20,000 nt of DNA from Rhizaria sp. SCN 62-66 (lineage: Eukaryota), in assembly GCA_001724265.1 (NCBI GenBank), contig MEDY01000005.1, forward strand, positions 171,348 through 191,347. The letters are read 5' to 3'. Every line of letters starts with the position of its first letter. Position 1 is the stretch's first letter. Positions 19,201-20,000 of the stretch are shown here, piece after piece. The translations under genes and the position numbers were made by a program. The notes below the pieces were generated by a model. The model had not been told where the DNA came from. It searched no databases and saw nothing but the letters and a program-made list of their open reading frames with translations.

Positions 19201-20000
19201 ATCTTCTAACAACTTCAACGTATCTTTCCCCACTTGCTTGACTGTACAGGGCTCGTCGCGAGACCGAGGAGGCGCGTGCTGACGCCTCATCCGCCCGCTC
19301 CTCCGCCGCCGCGTCCGCGCACGACGCCTCGGAGCGCCGCGCGGCTCTGAAGCGCGCCGTGGAGGAGATCATGGGTCTGAAGCTGGAGCTGGAGCGGCAG
19401 GCGCGTCTGGTGCGCGCCGAGCGCGAGCGCCTGGCAGCGACCGTGAGCAGCGATCGCGAGCGCCTGGCTAAGACTGTGAGCGCGGACCGCGAACGGCTGG
19501 CGCGCGCCGTGGCCGCCGGCGAGGAGCGCCTCGCCAAGACTGTCGCCGCGGCTGCGGAGCGCCAGGCCGCGCTCGAGCGCGCGCTCGAGGTCGCGAAAGA
19601 CACGGTGTCCGCTGCGCACGCGCGCGCGGCGGCGGCCGAGGCCGAGGCCGCGGGCGCTGCGGCCGCAGAGGAGGCCGCCCGTGGCGACGCCGCCGCGGCG
19701 CGCTCTGAGGCTGCGGCCGCCAGCGCAGCCGCCACGGCCGCCGCAGAAGACGCCGCCGCGACGAAGGCGCGCGCGATGCGCCGCGAGCGCAAGCTGACGG
19801 AGGCGCTGTCGGCTGCCAAGGAGACCGCTGCGGGCGCGGCGGCGGCGACGGCCGTGGCGACCGCGCGCGGCGACGATGCTGACGCGCAGCGCGCGCGCTC
19901 CGACGCCGCCGCCGCCGCCGCCGACGCCCAGGCTTCCGCCGCCGCTGCTGCTGCGGCCACCGCGCGGGAAGACGCGCGCGCGGCCGTTACGGCGGCCCGC
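16269..20000 (+). CDS. Large Ala/Glu/Arg-rich coiled-coil protein (>1100 aa in window, 3'-truncated); join(16269..18019,18176..19105,19250..>20000)
   Basis: ORFs 16269-18053 and 18168-19145 and the open frame from 19251 join via GTACG..CAG introns (18020-18175, 19106-19249). An Asn/His-rich disordered N-terminus is followed by extended helical A/E/R sequence with poly-A and poly-Q tracts. I recognise no family motif. Confidence 0.8.
19157..19180. repeat. 12-bp tandem duplication (TAACCTCTCTTG)x2 inside an intron
   Basis: Directly visible, followed by a degenerate third unit (TATCTTCTCAATG). Confidence 0.85.
19416..19547 (+). repeat. Four 33-nt coding repeats encoding 11-aa units
   Basis: AERERLAATVS / SDRERLAKTVS / ADRERLARAVA / AGEERLAKTVA in the frame of exon 3. 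Confidence 0.85.

Noticed and set aside
16664..19960. Minus-strand Ala/Ser-rich ORFs (16664-17704, 18095-19078, 19127-19960)
   Set aside because: Antisense mirrors of the plus-strand gene; splice sites are oriented for the plus strand.
1..20000. CRISPR arrays, prokaryotic operons, or stop-codon reassignment
   Set aside because: No repeat-spacer arrays; genes have spliceosomal introns; TGA and TAA end genes at expected positions and no in-frame stops were needed in the gene models.

Overview
Gene-dense eukaryotic nuclear DNA, most likely from a flagellated protist (inference), with very GC-rich exons, AT-rich introns and a standard genetic code. Splicing the ORF fragments by hand gives six protein genes. 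On the minus strand: the 5' part of a probable dynein-2 intermediate chain (WDR60-like), a divergent importin-5, the R-SNARE Ykt6, a GPR180/TMEM145-family 7TM protein and an orphan coiled-coil protein with lamin/intermediate-filament-like features. On the plus strand: a very long Ala/Glu/Arg-rich coiled-coil protein that runs off the window end. I also find a 53-aa single-pass membrane microprotein missed by the ORF track and an atypical tRNA-Arg(UCG). The most notable signals are (i) the lamin-like orphan lacking CaaX, (ii) a stereotyped splicing system (9/10 donors GTACG, 10/10 CAG acceptors, introns 144-217 nt, no phase-1 introns), (iii) Ykt6 ending in CCRSW instead of CCAIM, (iv) a PP1-docking-like KVTF motif in an importin insertion, and (v) the tRNA's non-Arg-like identity elements. 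All family calls come from remembered motifs, not database searches.
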